DNA of 64,000 nt. It comes from Phoronis australis. Its lineage: Eukaryota > Animalia > Phoronida. Location: NCBI GenBank assembly GCA_002633005.1, contig NMRA01000131.1:621808-685807 (forward strand), read 5' to 3'. Below the pieces are notes generated by a model. The model was not told the origin of the DNA and did not search any database. It saw nothing but the letters and a program-made list of their open reading frames with translations. Below are positions 26,001-39,200 of the stretch, piece after piece. Positions within the stretch are counted from its first letter, which is position 1. Every line of letters begins with the position of its first letter. The translations under genes and the position numbers were made by a program.

Positions 26001-27784
26001 CGCAGGTCAAAAACAGCCGCGACAAATAGGTCAAATCAAAACCCTCCAAATTGCACCACAAAACCGACCAAAACCGAACTTTGCAATGATGAATACTAGC
26101 CATGTCTAACTCCACTTTAAATTATACACGCTAACCTTTTATACACATTTAAATTAGCTTCCCTGTCACAAAATGCTTTAAACATAGCTCAGCGTAACGT
26201 CTTGAAAGGGTACTTATCGATTCGACGAGGCTTAACAGAGGTGGTTTCTTTGAAAATCAAATTAAACACAATTACGTAATTTCACGGAAGTACCGGTAAA
26301 CACGTTCTACTATACGTCGTTACCTAATAAAACTGAAGAGCGCGCAAAATACAACCAAGCACCAACGAGAAGATACATTACTATTGATTTATGATCGCCT
26401 CAGCGAAGCAGAATAATTTCAAAATTTCAGCACGTACATTAGGTGAAATTTCAACGAGATATATCAACATTGACTGACGTGATATCTTTTCAGAAAAAGA
26501 TTTGCATCATAGATAGGCCTAGTACGTCTCCGAATAGAAATCAAATGGCCAGCCTTATAGCTTCCAGTGCGAGAACAAATATTTCAATTCATTATGTATG
26601 AAGAAAAAAGTTGTGTAAGCTGTATGCCTACCCACACCAAGTCCCATAATTGAATATCGGTTGTGCCTTTGTTTCCATTGTAGGGCGTTATCAGCACATC
26701 CACGTACGTTGGCACGCGTCCAAAGTCTTGGGCAAACGTGGTTTCGTTGCGTAAAAGACCTTTCTTTATCAGTAAGACACGATCGTTGACAGATTTGTAG
26801 AACTTTGGTCAATCTACATTATTATTGCAATTCACTCAAAAGCAGAATCGTTGTCAAGCAACTTTTCATTCGACCCTGAATGGTATGCCATTTTCATTTT
26901 TAAGACGAATACTTATCCGCTATCACACGCTTTTAAAAGCGTGACGTTCTATTATTCAAACTGTGGGTATCAAATCCGCTGGTTGCGTTTTGGACTAGGT
27001 CCAAACTAGATAATACGGGTTTCTGGAAACTGAACTTCGTTTGCGAGCTCGCGCGCTCCACTCATAACCCTGCATTACATTAAAACATGATACATTTAAT
27101 TCGGGTTTTCCCTATTTGCTTACCGTTATCAACACGCTGCAGAGAATTCAGACAATTGAGTGTCAACAGTTTGATCTAGTTTGTACACCACTTTTTCGTC
27201 GTCAAAACAAACGGAACACAAGGGGCGAGCTCCAGGAACTATAGTTTTGACTGGAACATAAAGACATTCCCTTGATAAAAGCTATTATTATGAAATGTAT
27301 TAAATGAACAATGGTACCCATGTCAACATGTTTGAAGACATAGGAAATGAGGAACTCGCAATTGGCAATACTCAACGCCTAAAGGGATCTTAACTGCCAA
27401 TAATACCAAGTTTTCTGTTTAGTTCTATCGCAAATATACTTGGTAAAATAGAGGGTGGAAAAGATCAGTGGCCACACTTCTACTGAAATTCCAGCTACAA
27501 CTCCATTTTGATTACATGCGCAGAGTTTAGGGCCCGGATCACGAGATTTGTGCCTGCAAGACCGACACTGTGGAGTTTCAAGTTGCGCATATGGAAACCT
27601 TTACACCACTTATACCAGCGCTTCAGTCAAACACATTTTTTTTGAAAAATTTGACAAAATGTGTTATGGACGATCTGACGCAATGTACTGAAGATGGCTC
27701 CCAATGAAAGTCATTAAATTTTCAACAAAACCACCCTAATCATGGCAGCATAATGAATAGGAACTAAATGCTCTTTAAAGAAAT

Positions 27785-30215
27785 TTTATTATTTTAGCAA
27801 AATTTTACAATGACTTCCGTACAAAAATGTTCGATGTCTTAACACTATTTCCCTACAATATTACTCATGAAATAAAAGTTAACATTTCCATGAAGTCTAT
27901 GTCTACGCTACCCATTGCTGAAAAGGCAGGATGGCTGACAAAAAGCAAAATACTGCGATTATTAAGTTTTGACTGGGAGATAATACCTTTGTTTCACACA
28001 AAAAAATTGCACAGATGTATTTTGCACCATTAAAATTCAAATTATGTTTTAGAAGAACAGGTTTAGTTAACCCAATAACCAGGTGTAGTAATTCTCATAA
28101 CTATCTCGTATGACAGAAGCTTTAAAGGAACATTACACAAAACAAGAAAAAATGTTTCTTTAGGAAAAATAACTTAAGAAGCATAATGTAACAGCTAGGC
28201 AGATTTAACAACATGGCTATTCACTACTTGCACACATAGGTGGCGCTGCAAAAAATGACTGATGTGCATTGTTGTTTAGGACACAATGCCTCACTTAAGC
28301 ATCAATTTCAACAACGCAAACATGAAAGCACGCCTTCCAAACATACAGATTCATCTGTAAATTGGACAAAGCCTGGTTTTCAAGCATAATGGCGAATAGG
28401 TGCAAGCAGTGAACTGTCAGTCAAGTTTCTGTGTTTCACAAAAGGTTGAAATAAATAAGTCTGCCAAAGCATACCAAACAAAATGTAAGGAAATAAATAA
28501 GAAGTACTTAAAGCTGTATTTCACCACGTTTAGCTGGATAAAAATGAGAATCAAATTAGACCTTTTGCTCTCATGAAATCAGTTGTAATATCTGTTACCG
28601 TGGCGACATAAGATTATGTTTCTATTACTAACGGAAACATCACTGACTCGAGAAAATGTTTCAGAGTTTATAAGGGTAGCCAACTCTAAAACAGCAAATT
28701 CGAGAACGGCGAATGTACACATCGTCTATGACTTGCTAGATCATTTTGCAACAATTCCAAGTTCGAATGAGCATGTCAATTTTTTTAAACCCAAAGCACT
28801 TTGGTTAAGAATTCAACATACTAGACAGCTAAACAGCGGCAAGATGACCCTTTAACGTTATTGGAAACTGTTCCAGAATAACTGAGAGGAATTTGGATAG
28901 GAAATTAAATAACAAAACCAGTTCATCTATTAGGCTTGGGGAATGGAAAATTTGAGACTTATTTTTGCAATGATTAAAAAATTCAAAAACATACAACAAT
29001 GCCTCAAAATTCAGTTCCTAAAACATTTCCCTGTCATTAATTTGAAAAAAGCATCACCTAATACATTTTAAGTTGAACACAGAGATAGTTTCACGCAGCA
29101 GTAAGGTAATGTGACCATGTGATCATTGTTACGTGACCATGTGATCATTGTAATGTGACCATGTGATCATTGTTATGAGACCACGGTGTAATTTTAATGA
29201 GGTAACAGAGCCCAAACAAAAGTCTTAGGACAAGACATTAAAAATCTAGAGATCAATTTCCATTGTAAATATCCCAAGCATCTCAATTGGCTAATTAATA
29301 TGTACACCATTCAAAACTCCATGTCGTATATTGGACCACATAACCTATGAACTACTTTTAGTCGGTATTTTGACATACCTTGTTTATCTTAATCTTGCCT
29401 AAAATTTAACAACTAGTGCCAACAAGTAACGATGCCCTACATATTCTGCCATTTCAGATCACTTAGCCAACAATTCAAAATACAACTTAAATAATTACTT
29501 TAATCATGCGTATTTACAAAATATTTACAAAGCAACAGTTGGATACAGACTCTGGATGCCAAATTACGTATCAACGAGCTGGTTACACGAGCAACCAGGA
29601 AGCTAGAAAAAAGAATTTATGTCTATAAGAACTTAACAGTTTAGTGAAAATATCTTAAGTACACATTTCGTATGACAGATTAATACGATACTATGTCAGT
29701 TGTAATACTGTATCCACTTGTTGAGATCAATAGGTACACACCTTCCAATACAATAATTATATTTCAAGTGTGCTCCAACACCATACGATAACCCTAACAC
29801 TGTTTTGATAGGGTGATTGAGCACCGTACAAATACAACTAATACAATAAACTACCTTTTAACCTACATAATATACACAGCTAAACTGCTTCCAACATTCA
29901 ACTAATTGAATTTGGTTGTGAACCCAACTTTGAAGGGATTCAATTTTGTTTTAACAACACCAAACATGCCTTGGGCATTACTATACATGTAAGAGTGCAA
30001 AAGTAACAATTTATTGCACTCATATAAGAGATCAGACGAAACATTAGGTGCACAAAAATTCGTTCGAGACAGCCGAGTGAGCAATTTCTCAGAGAACAGG
30101 AGTCGCATCAAGTTTTTGTTCGATGGAGAGCTTTTAATTGGAACCCTGCCAACTAGGGAACAAAAAGTGTTCCTCGCATCAAAATCGTAACAAAGCTTCA
30201 GCTTGCGTGACTTGC
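27785..30215 (-). promoter_or_regulatory. Putative ~2.4-kb 3'UTR of the BH3-only gene with miRNA and Pumilio sites
   Basis: U-rich on the minus strand. Bantam seed matches at 29249-29255, 29722-29729 and 30028-30034; miR-92 matches at 30012-30019 and 28006-28012; Pumilio elements at 29299-29306, 29511-29518 and 29522-29529; candidate AATAAA at 27790-27785. The 3' end is uncertain. Confidence 0.5.
29109..29183. repeat. 22-bp tandem repeat, ~3 copies
   Basis: GTGACCATGTGATCATTGT.A. repeated, inside the putative BH3-only 3'UTR. Confidence 0.85.
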
Positions 30216-33200
30216 TTACGGTTTCTTGGCTTTGTCCACATTTGGGTCTTTCTCCGCACTGACAACCTTCTCTTTACCTGGACTCAAGGCAGACTTCAAT
30301 TTTACCCAGAGGCCCCTATCAGCAGGTGCCGCCCCGGGATACGATGATGGCTGGAGGTCAGAATTTTCCTCCTGAAAACACAGAAGAAAAAAAATTAGTT
30401 TGAACACAATGCCTTCTGTTCAGTTTCCATTCCATATAGTTTTATACAATAAGGGCATAACACTGAGACAAGCATCAAACCAATAGAAAATGGCACAAAA
30501 TATTTTATAGACAAAATTTTCTCTGCATCACTTTTCAGCTTTGACCTATCAGTTTAGTCCAGTAACCTTTTCACCCCTCACATCTCAAGGAAAATGGTTT
30601 TAGCAATTCCAGACCCAACTGGGGTGCACTAGTTAGATATTCTCTACAATGCTAAAATAAAATATTTTATGAATCATAGGACACCCTGTCAGAAATGCTA
30701 AGGCCACTGGGGATAATGTGACCCAATGGCTTCAGTTACCTTTCCACGATATCAAATAATTTTCAATTTTAGAAATCAATGCATGCCCCCAGAGCATTTA
30801 AACGCACTTAATTCAGTGCAACTAGACTGTGATCTGTCTATATTGGCAACAAGCCAACCCAGTAAGAAGCTAATATATCTCTAATAGTCAGTGTCAGAAG
30901 GTCAGCTAAAAGTGCTTTCATGAGGTCTTACAATTACTAAAATTTGGTAATGTCACAAACTCAACTTGACTGCGGTAGCACCAGTTTTAAAGAGATAAAC
31001 ATAGTGATTCACCATCACTTTAGTGACAATGATGGAGTGTCATCAGCTACACTGTATATGTATGTTAATGAAAACATTTCATTTTCAATATGTGGTTGAA
31101 CTATGGACCTGCATAAAGAAGTGATGTATAATGTAGTCATCCATAAATGTATTACATTTAGTTTCATGCTTTCAAAGGTTGACTATCTGGCTGGTATTTG
31201 GTAACACCAGGGCTGAGCATACCATATCAACAGTCAAATAACATTATTTAAATAATGCGTCCACATATAAATATGTGGGCGCATAAAAATGTTTTCATTG
31301 AGAAACTGAGAAACAGCAAACAATTTAAATAGTTTTACACATTGCTAACTAAACAAAGACCACGGACTTCGCAATTTAGCAATAAACTGCCAAGCACCTG
31401 GGAATTCCATAAGAGCCGGAAGGAGCTATGGGTCACCTTGGTATTTTCTGTTGCTTTTGAGAGGTGTCGTTTTTATGATTTCGTTTGCTACCTGACAGTA
31501 TCTTTTGCGAGTGCCAATTGATCTAACAGCTAACTGGATTTCAAATAAACCAAACAAAAGAAGCCAAAGTTGACCCACGATGTATTTTCAAAATATACAC
31601 CTGAGAATCCATATAACATAACACTGCCATTTTGATCGGTGATATTAGTTTTGATCAGGTGTGTTACACTGTCATTATGTTACAATCCCAATTCAACGCC
31701 CATAATTCAAGACAAATTACCAGTGATTGCAGTTGTAATGCAACTGTAGACCCAGAGTTATGCAATCACAGCAAATCAAACAAAAATTTTTATGCACCAC
31801 TAACACTTCGGGGAAGGGGAGGGGGGGATCTCTACACTGCATCATGACTACATTTTCCAGGTGTCACATATCTGCAAAATGATTCTAAATAAGACCCTGT
31901 AAAAGCTTTTTGAACCTCGTTTCATGGAGGCTTTTAAGTGGTGGGGGCTTTTAGGAAATCCCTAGTACCCGATGAATGGGGCAGCAGGCGCAGTCAATGT
32001 TTTTGTTAAAATACAACATGTAATATTAACCTCCTATTCACCTTCCTTCACTCATAAGAAGGCTGCATACATTATTACACCCACACTGATGACTCATGAG
32101 TCATCACCAGTGTCCAGGTTTCTTGGCCAATCACCTGCCAAAGATAACAGCCAATTATAACTGCCCTGGTAATTTCTACGGCCATCCAGGGTCAGTTAAG
32201 TAGCATTTCCGATTTGGTAAAACACAAACCAAACACTTTCACTGCAGATGATTCATGATCAATCAGTAGCCAAAAGTAATTGAGCTTGGCTAGACAAACG
32301 TGCAAAAAGTGATTTGCTACGTTTTGTCATTAAGAGTTTCACAACATGAACTTTACATGGTTTTCAAAGCTGTCCAAATAAAGAACCTCACATCACAGTG
32401 ACTCACAAGTTACTATTTAGTACAACTTGAGAGTGAAACCAACAGTGTACAGTGCTAGTGGGTTCTACATTTAACAACTAAACAGGCCCTAACTATAAAA
32501 TACTTCGAAAAGCAAGGAACATATTTTGCAAACAGAAAACATCAAAGCACTCTGAGAAGCGACAGTTGGCCAAATTGTAACAAGTCATAGACACAAAAAG
32601 CAATTAGTGCTTGAGCCTTTATCCAGTCTCAGTTCAATTGACAGGATAGGTCAAGCTAAGACAAAGTGTAAATTTTGTTATCCTTGGATATTTTGAAATG
32701 TTGGCTTTTATACCTTGCAAGTCTTGTAAACATTATTAACGATACTGCCATCTAGTGACAGTCTTGTAAACATTATCAACGATACTGCCATCTAGTGACA
32801 GTCTATTCAAAGTCATCATCACATCAGAAAAATTAATATTTCTAATTAGCATAAATACCAAAATCCAACGAACCATCAACGGTTCTCCAGCTAAGAACAA
32901 TTTATCTAGTGACCAGTTTCAGTTGTACAATCATTTTAAGTAAATATGGAAAATGGATCAATAGTTAGTTGAGTTATTTATGGACAACTAGAGCAAAGTT
33001 CACTGACAGGAAGACTATACAAATACCACAGGATGAAGCAGCGGGGATTTTCAGGTTACCGGAAAGAATTCTGCTTTCCTCAAATCAAGTTGATGTCAAA
33101 GGTTTTCTCCTTCTGAAACACATATAAGCCTTCAATGAGCCAGTTCCAGATGTCTAGACAACTAAATCCATTTGTATAAACAGCCACTTTCCTTCTATTT

Positions 33201-36200
33201 ACTATAAAAACATAGAAAAAACATTTCATGACAAAAAACACTAGCCGGTGGTCTAAATTAAACTGCTTCTGTTTCTAATTATGAGCATTACTATTTTTAT
33301 CACTGACTCGCAAAAATTGGCAAAATTATGGACATCATTTCATAGCGCAATAAATATAGCAATTGACTAAGAGAAACTCCGCCAGACCTAATCCAACACA
33401 CTTTCTTCCATAGTCGTCTTTTGTCAAAAAGGAAAGCTATTAAAATCAACAAAACAAATCTACTAAGGACAATTCTTACTCCAGAAAGATCTAGAAATTC
33501 TAATTTTAGCAAAGTTTGGGATTTCCCTGGGACTGATTGTGCAACCTCAACAAGGTGCTGGAACTGGTTATCAGATAAGCCCAACAGGTCACAGATCAAG
33601 TTATCAGTCAGCCCAGATGACAGTCATCACAACTGATGAACCCTGGAAGTCATTCGACCACCACATCATGAAAATTCCCCAATAGGCACGTCACACTTTT
33701 TCCTCCAAAACACTTTTTGAAATGTTAGATGGGCTCAAGGGATGACAGTCAGATATATACTTAGCCACACACCCAATCCCCAATCCCACTAAAAAGCACT
33801 ACAAGGTATATAAATTCAGAGTTGTCATCCAGGTGGCCAGCAAATTTTCAGAGCAGTTAATCACTTTAAGGTTTCTCTGTGATGAATTTAAGGAAAGAAA
33901 TCGCCTCTGTAACCTCGTTGGCTGTACCAACATAAAACAGGACTTGGAGTCCTGACAGAAAAACACCGTTCAAAAACTGGGCGACCTAACCTTGAGCTGG
34001 GTGACTTGATTTTGTGAATCAGTTGCCAGCTCTGGCAACTAGGCTTTTGAGGAATAAGTATGAAATTTCTGTAGTGGTACGAAGTCACAATTATCATTTT
34101 TCATTAGCTCAGCGGATAGCTAAAAATGCTCAGAATTTCATAATGCATTTGTTGACGACTGTTATACAATACACAACATAACTTTAGGAATACCCAGTTA
34201 AGTTTTCTTCCAGTTTGTTTTAGTGGAAAATTTTGATACAATCAAATTTCCCCAATTTACCGTTTTTTTATTTTAAATTGAAGCGTTCAACAGTTTTCAA
34301 AGCATGAATTAACTAATCAACTATTGAACACGAGTCACAGAGGTGATGCATGGAAAAAAACACCAGAAGCAAAACCAAGTGTCTGCCACAGCTCGTTGCT
34401 GCTGATAAAAGTGTAAAATTTAAGTAATTTGAAGTTCAAATATGAGCAAAAGCTGAGTAGGAAATCACACGACAAAGGGACCGCTGATTTTTATGACAAC
34501 TCCCACTTTCATTAACGTTTAAAGAGCATCAAACAGTTTCATAAACTATCATTTACGCACACACAAACATAACACATGTAGTCATTTGCAAACAATAGGC
34601 CCCTATGAACGACCACATTCAAGCCAGGAGCATTTCAAGCCCCATTTCTAAGTGAATCAAGACATGACTGCTGGTTGTTCAAGGACATTATATGGCATGT
34701 CCTAGGTGAGGCTTTCACAAACAAGATAAGGTACAGTTTGTATGATACAGTTGTTTTGTCGACAAGATTTATATATAGGACAAAAAATCAATTAATCCAG
34801 AGCCTTCCGGTGATTTGCAAATTTCCTCAGGCTGGCAACTGAAAAATGTAACACCACAAAAAGATGTATACGAAGCTGTGAATGAAACACTTTCTGAATG
34901 TAAAAACAAGTTCTAGTAATTTTGCATTACCAGTATCTTAAATTCAGGACTTGTGGCAATGGGTTCGACCCAATAAGGTGGGGCAATTAGCTTTTACTTT
35001 CCATAAAGATTTTAGACCTAGTTCATGTATTGGCAACAGAATGCGGCGACATACACCTTTACACAAGCAGGATGTGACTACTAACAGTTTGTCTGGTGAA
35101 ATAGATTACCGATACAAACTGTGACGAAGTGGTGACAAACACAACTAAAGGTGCTTTCTCATAACAGCCAAAAGTTTACTGACACTGACTGCATTCAAAA
35201 ACACTTGTAAATGGCAGGAGAACAATTTTCAGTAAGCCTCGAACCCACTACTCAATATTCGTCTGAGAGTACGAATGAACTGCGTCGTCTGGTATCTTAG
35301 CGATGACTTCGAGACCACTTGTTAATTGGAAAGGTAAGCGAACTTTCAGTGAAGATTCGGTAATTGGTTAAATCTCAGGCCTTAATTCAGATAGTAATTA
35401 AAAACACATCACAACACTACATAATGGTCTTTGATTGACTTGTCTCACACCCTGAGTGTTTCAAGTCTAGTATAAACACAATGACCAATGGAGCTGCTCC
35501 AACATCTGATAGATTTCCAATGACCTGATATTAGTCACAACAACTGCATAGAGACCTGTTGACCATAAATGGCTACACTCGCTGAACAGAATATCTCAGT
35601 GCAGCAAATTACAGAGACACCTGCTAAAGAAACAATTCCACTCAAGAAGCAACTGCTCTTCAGCATCATTCCAATCCAATGACATCACATCCTAAACTTA
35701 GATTAATGAGCTAATTGCTCTGTGATAAGACGTTTTAATTGTCACCAAGGCACATATAATTTCCATAATGGTCATACATCAATACCTGTACTTAATTAAT
35801 TGCGACAGCCAAGGTGGTAAATCGATAATGAAGTAAATGTCAATAGTATTACAGACATGGTGATCCTACAACGTTTTTCAAAGCAGTTCAAAGGTCACTG
35901 CTCTTGCTATCAGACACTCAACATAGCATTAAATAAACAATTAAAATGTCAAAAAGGATGCAAATCTCAGCTGCGAACCAGAAACATATAGTCAACTAAC
36001 TCCTCAACAGTTGTACTATAACACAAACTCTCAGTGTCAGTATTCAGGTGACCAACACCACAATAACCATGCACATTCACCAGCCTTGTAGCCAGTATAG
36101 TTCACTGGAGCCTTCTGCCATCACTAGACATAAAGACTAAAGAATGCTTTTGGTCCGATTTTTTCTGAAAATGATGTGGTAATGTAGTGTTTTAATCAAA

Positions 36201-39200
36201 AATCAAGAAAAGTTGAATGAAAACTAGCTAAAAGGATCCAGACACTTGGAATTTTTAAAACAGCGAGCTTCTACATGAAGTAGGTACAGACCAGATATCA
36301 AAAAACAAGTAAGTGAACATACAATATACCCAGTTACTTCCACTTAAAATTGATCATGATTCTATCAACAGCAGACACCCAGCTTCACGTATTTAATAAT
36401 AGTTTTATTAACATATAAAGAAAATTACAAATGAGCAAAATTAAATTCTGTGAATCATTACACTCCCACTACATTTTAATAAGCCAGCTGGTCATGATAA
36501 AACCACAAACTGATTCCACTCTACAATGAGCCATATTTTGACTCCAAGTAGGATGACCAGTCAGGTATACAGAATTATTTATAGAACTTTACAGATAACA
36601 CCAACCTCAAGGTCACTGATAAAAGAAGCCAACTAAGAAACTGGTATTTCATGACCACACCCATTCATGCTAGTTTTTAATTTTCAAAAAATCAACAACT
36701 GTTAAAGAATAATACATAAATGGAGTGTAACTTTTTAAATTTTATAAAAGAACACCACCTCTTCAAGTAAAGGAAAATAAAAAATCCTTTTCAAAGTTTA
36801 TGCTACCTCGGACTACAATACCGTCAGACAATCGATTTCAACTGATGAATCAATTAAGCATACAAAACAGAGCTTTTATTGTTGTGTGTTACTTCATAAA
36901 CACACACAAAGGTAAACCATGGAACAGTTACAAGCAACATGGAACAGTTCATTGCCAAATGCTGAAAAAGTAGCAATCTGCTTCTGAGCATGGATTCAAG
37001 CTAGTTCACGCTTAAAGTTTTGCTTATAATCAAAAAGCATTAACAGGAAATACAAATACGTAGTGTGTCGCCAATATTGGACACAAGGGTGGAAAAATAC
37101 AGTGACAAGTAACACAAATATGAGGTGTAGTGGCATATGTCGAATTTTCATGGGAGACAACTCTCATGGAGCAACTAACGCAGAACATCTGATTGGGGGG
37201 CAAGTGTGTGTGTGTGTAAACACGACTGACACGGAGCAAATTGACACTGCGGCGGGCTTTTTTGACACTGGTTTGAGAGGTAGAGTGAGTTGCACTCAAT
37301 CAGTAGTTACTCCAGTTTCAACTACATGTCTTAACACAACTGGGGCAGGACCGAAAGGGATCATCTATCAATGCGTTTGCGCAATAGCGTATATAAAGGT
37401 GATACACGCTGGCATTCCACATGGCTTTGGACATTTGCTATTGTTTATGTGAGCATGCGCACACAGTATTTGTTTGCGATCTAATGCCGTGTAAATGTGA
37501 CTTAAGTGGAGCAAGTGGTGCCGTGACAACTATTCCCCGTGTAAAAACATGTATAGTGCACACCTTAACATCTCAAAGAAAAGATAGTCTAACATATAAC
37601 TTGGTTACCTTGACCCTCTGCGGCAAACAACTGACCTACCTCTGTAGACCCAGGAAACTTGGGGAAACGCAATATCATGCGAGACTTTGTGAGGTGACAC
37701 CATGTATCTCAAGCGAAGAATGAAACTTCCACATTTAGTAAGTTAGTCAAAATTAAGACAAAACTTGAGCCAAAAACTTAAGTCAAACTTAAGAAGATCT
37801 TTTTCTTGAAATGGACTTGAGACAAATTTAAATTTTATCTAAAAATTAACTGAAATTTAAGATTTGTCTAAGCTAAGTCAGTTTTCTTGGAACGGGCCCT
37901 GANTGCTATGGACGGCTGAAGTGAAGCACCCGTGGAATTTCAAGTCCGAAGTGTCATACCTTGTAGTATTTATATGTAGTGTATTGGGGACGATCAGAAG
38001 CTGAGGACGCCTGTGCATATAACTTGGTTACCTTGACCCTCTGCGGCAAACAACTGACCTACCTCTGTAGACCCAGGAAACTTGGGGAAACGCAATATCA
38101 TGCGAGACTTTGTGAGGTGACACCATGTATCTCAAGTGAAGAATGAAACTTCCACATTTAGTAAGTTAGTCAAAATTAAGACAAAACTTGAGCCAAAAAC
38201 TTAAGTCAAACTTAAGAAGATCTTTTTCTTGAAATGGACTTGAGACAAATTTAAATTTTATCTAAAAATTAACTGAAATTTAAGATTTGTCTAAGCTAAG
38301 TCAGTTTTCTTGGAACGGGCCCTGACTCCTATGTTATGCTGCCTGTGATCAGCTGATGCACTACAAAAACAATGGTGTTATGTAGTCTGTAACAATCTGA
38401 GCACTTACTCTGATGGCAACATTCCTAATGGGTGCCAAGTCTTGGTAAGAACTATGGAAGTCATCGCCCAGCCTCTGAAGCTCTTGACCAACACTTCTCT
38501 CAAGTTCCCGTCGGTCGAAACATTCTGACCGTGCTCGTGGTCGAGTTCGCACAGAAGGCACTAAGTCAGGTAAGTTTGACTCGTAACTCGACGATTGGAG
38601 GGCGCACTCCCTCAGGTGGGCCACCGCAGTACCTGAAAAAAATTCAAGGTGGTTTGAAATTGAAGCACTTTTTGATTTTTGACTTCTGAATCACTACACA
38701 AAAAAATGAGAAACTAAATCTAAAAATAACCACCTACTCAAATAGCCAATAAGGCATTAAGGGTACAATGTTTCAAATTTCCTTCAATTGTTATTTTCAA
38801 TGCAGTAGATTATCTCTGAAATGGAATGTAAAACAACATATTTCTGGCATTCAATGTTACTTACATAATTATCGATCGACTATTAGTCACAACTACAATA
38901 TCCTAGGATTCGTATGACATTTCCCAAAAGAGGTTACCATGAGGTCAGAATCCATTAACACTTTGACCAGACCATGACCCCAGCAGATCATGCTACCTTA
39001 CCTTTACAAACAGCCCATTAACAGGGCCCAAATTATAGGCTTTCACACCAACAACAGAGCTCAAATGCACAGCTGAACTTCAAAGACTCTGACTAATGCT
39101 TTTCACTACTTTGAAGTGAGATAACCATCATTATTCTCCAGAGTAGTTCACAGGTGTTTGTAAACACAGCCATAGGAGGACAAAGTATACACAGGGCACT

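Noticed and set aside
29109-29183. Repeat unit TGTGATCATTGT resembles mature bantam
   Set aside because: Seed mismatch at position 3 and a tandem rather than hairpin arrangement; not a miRNA gene.
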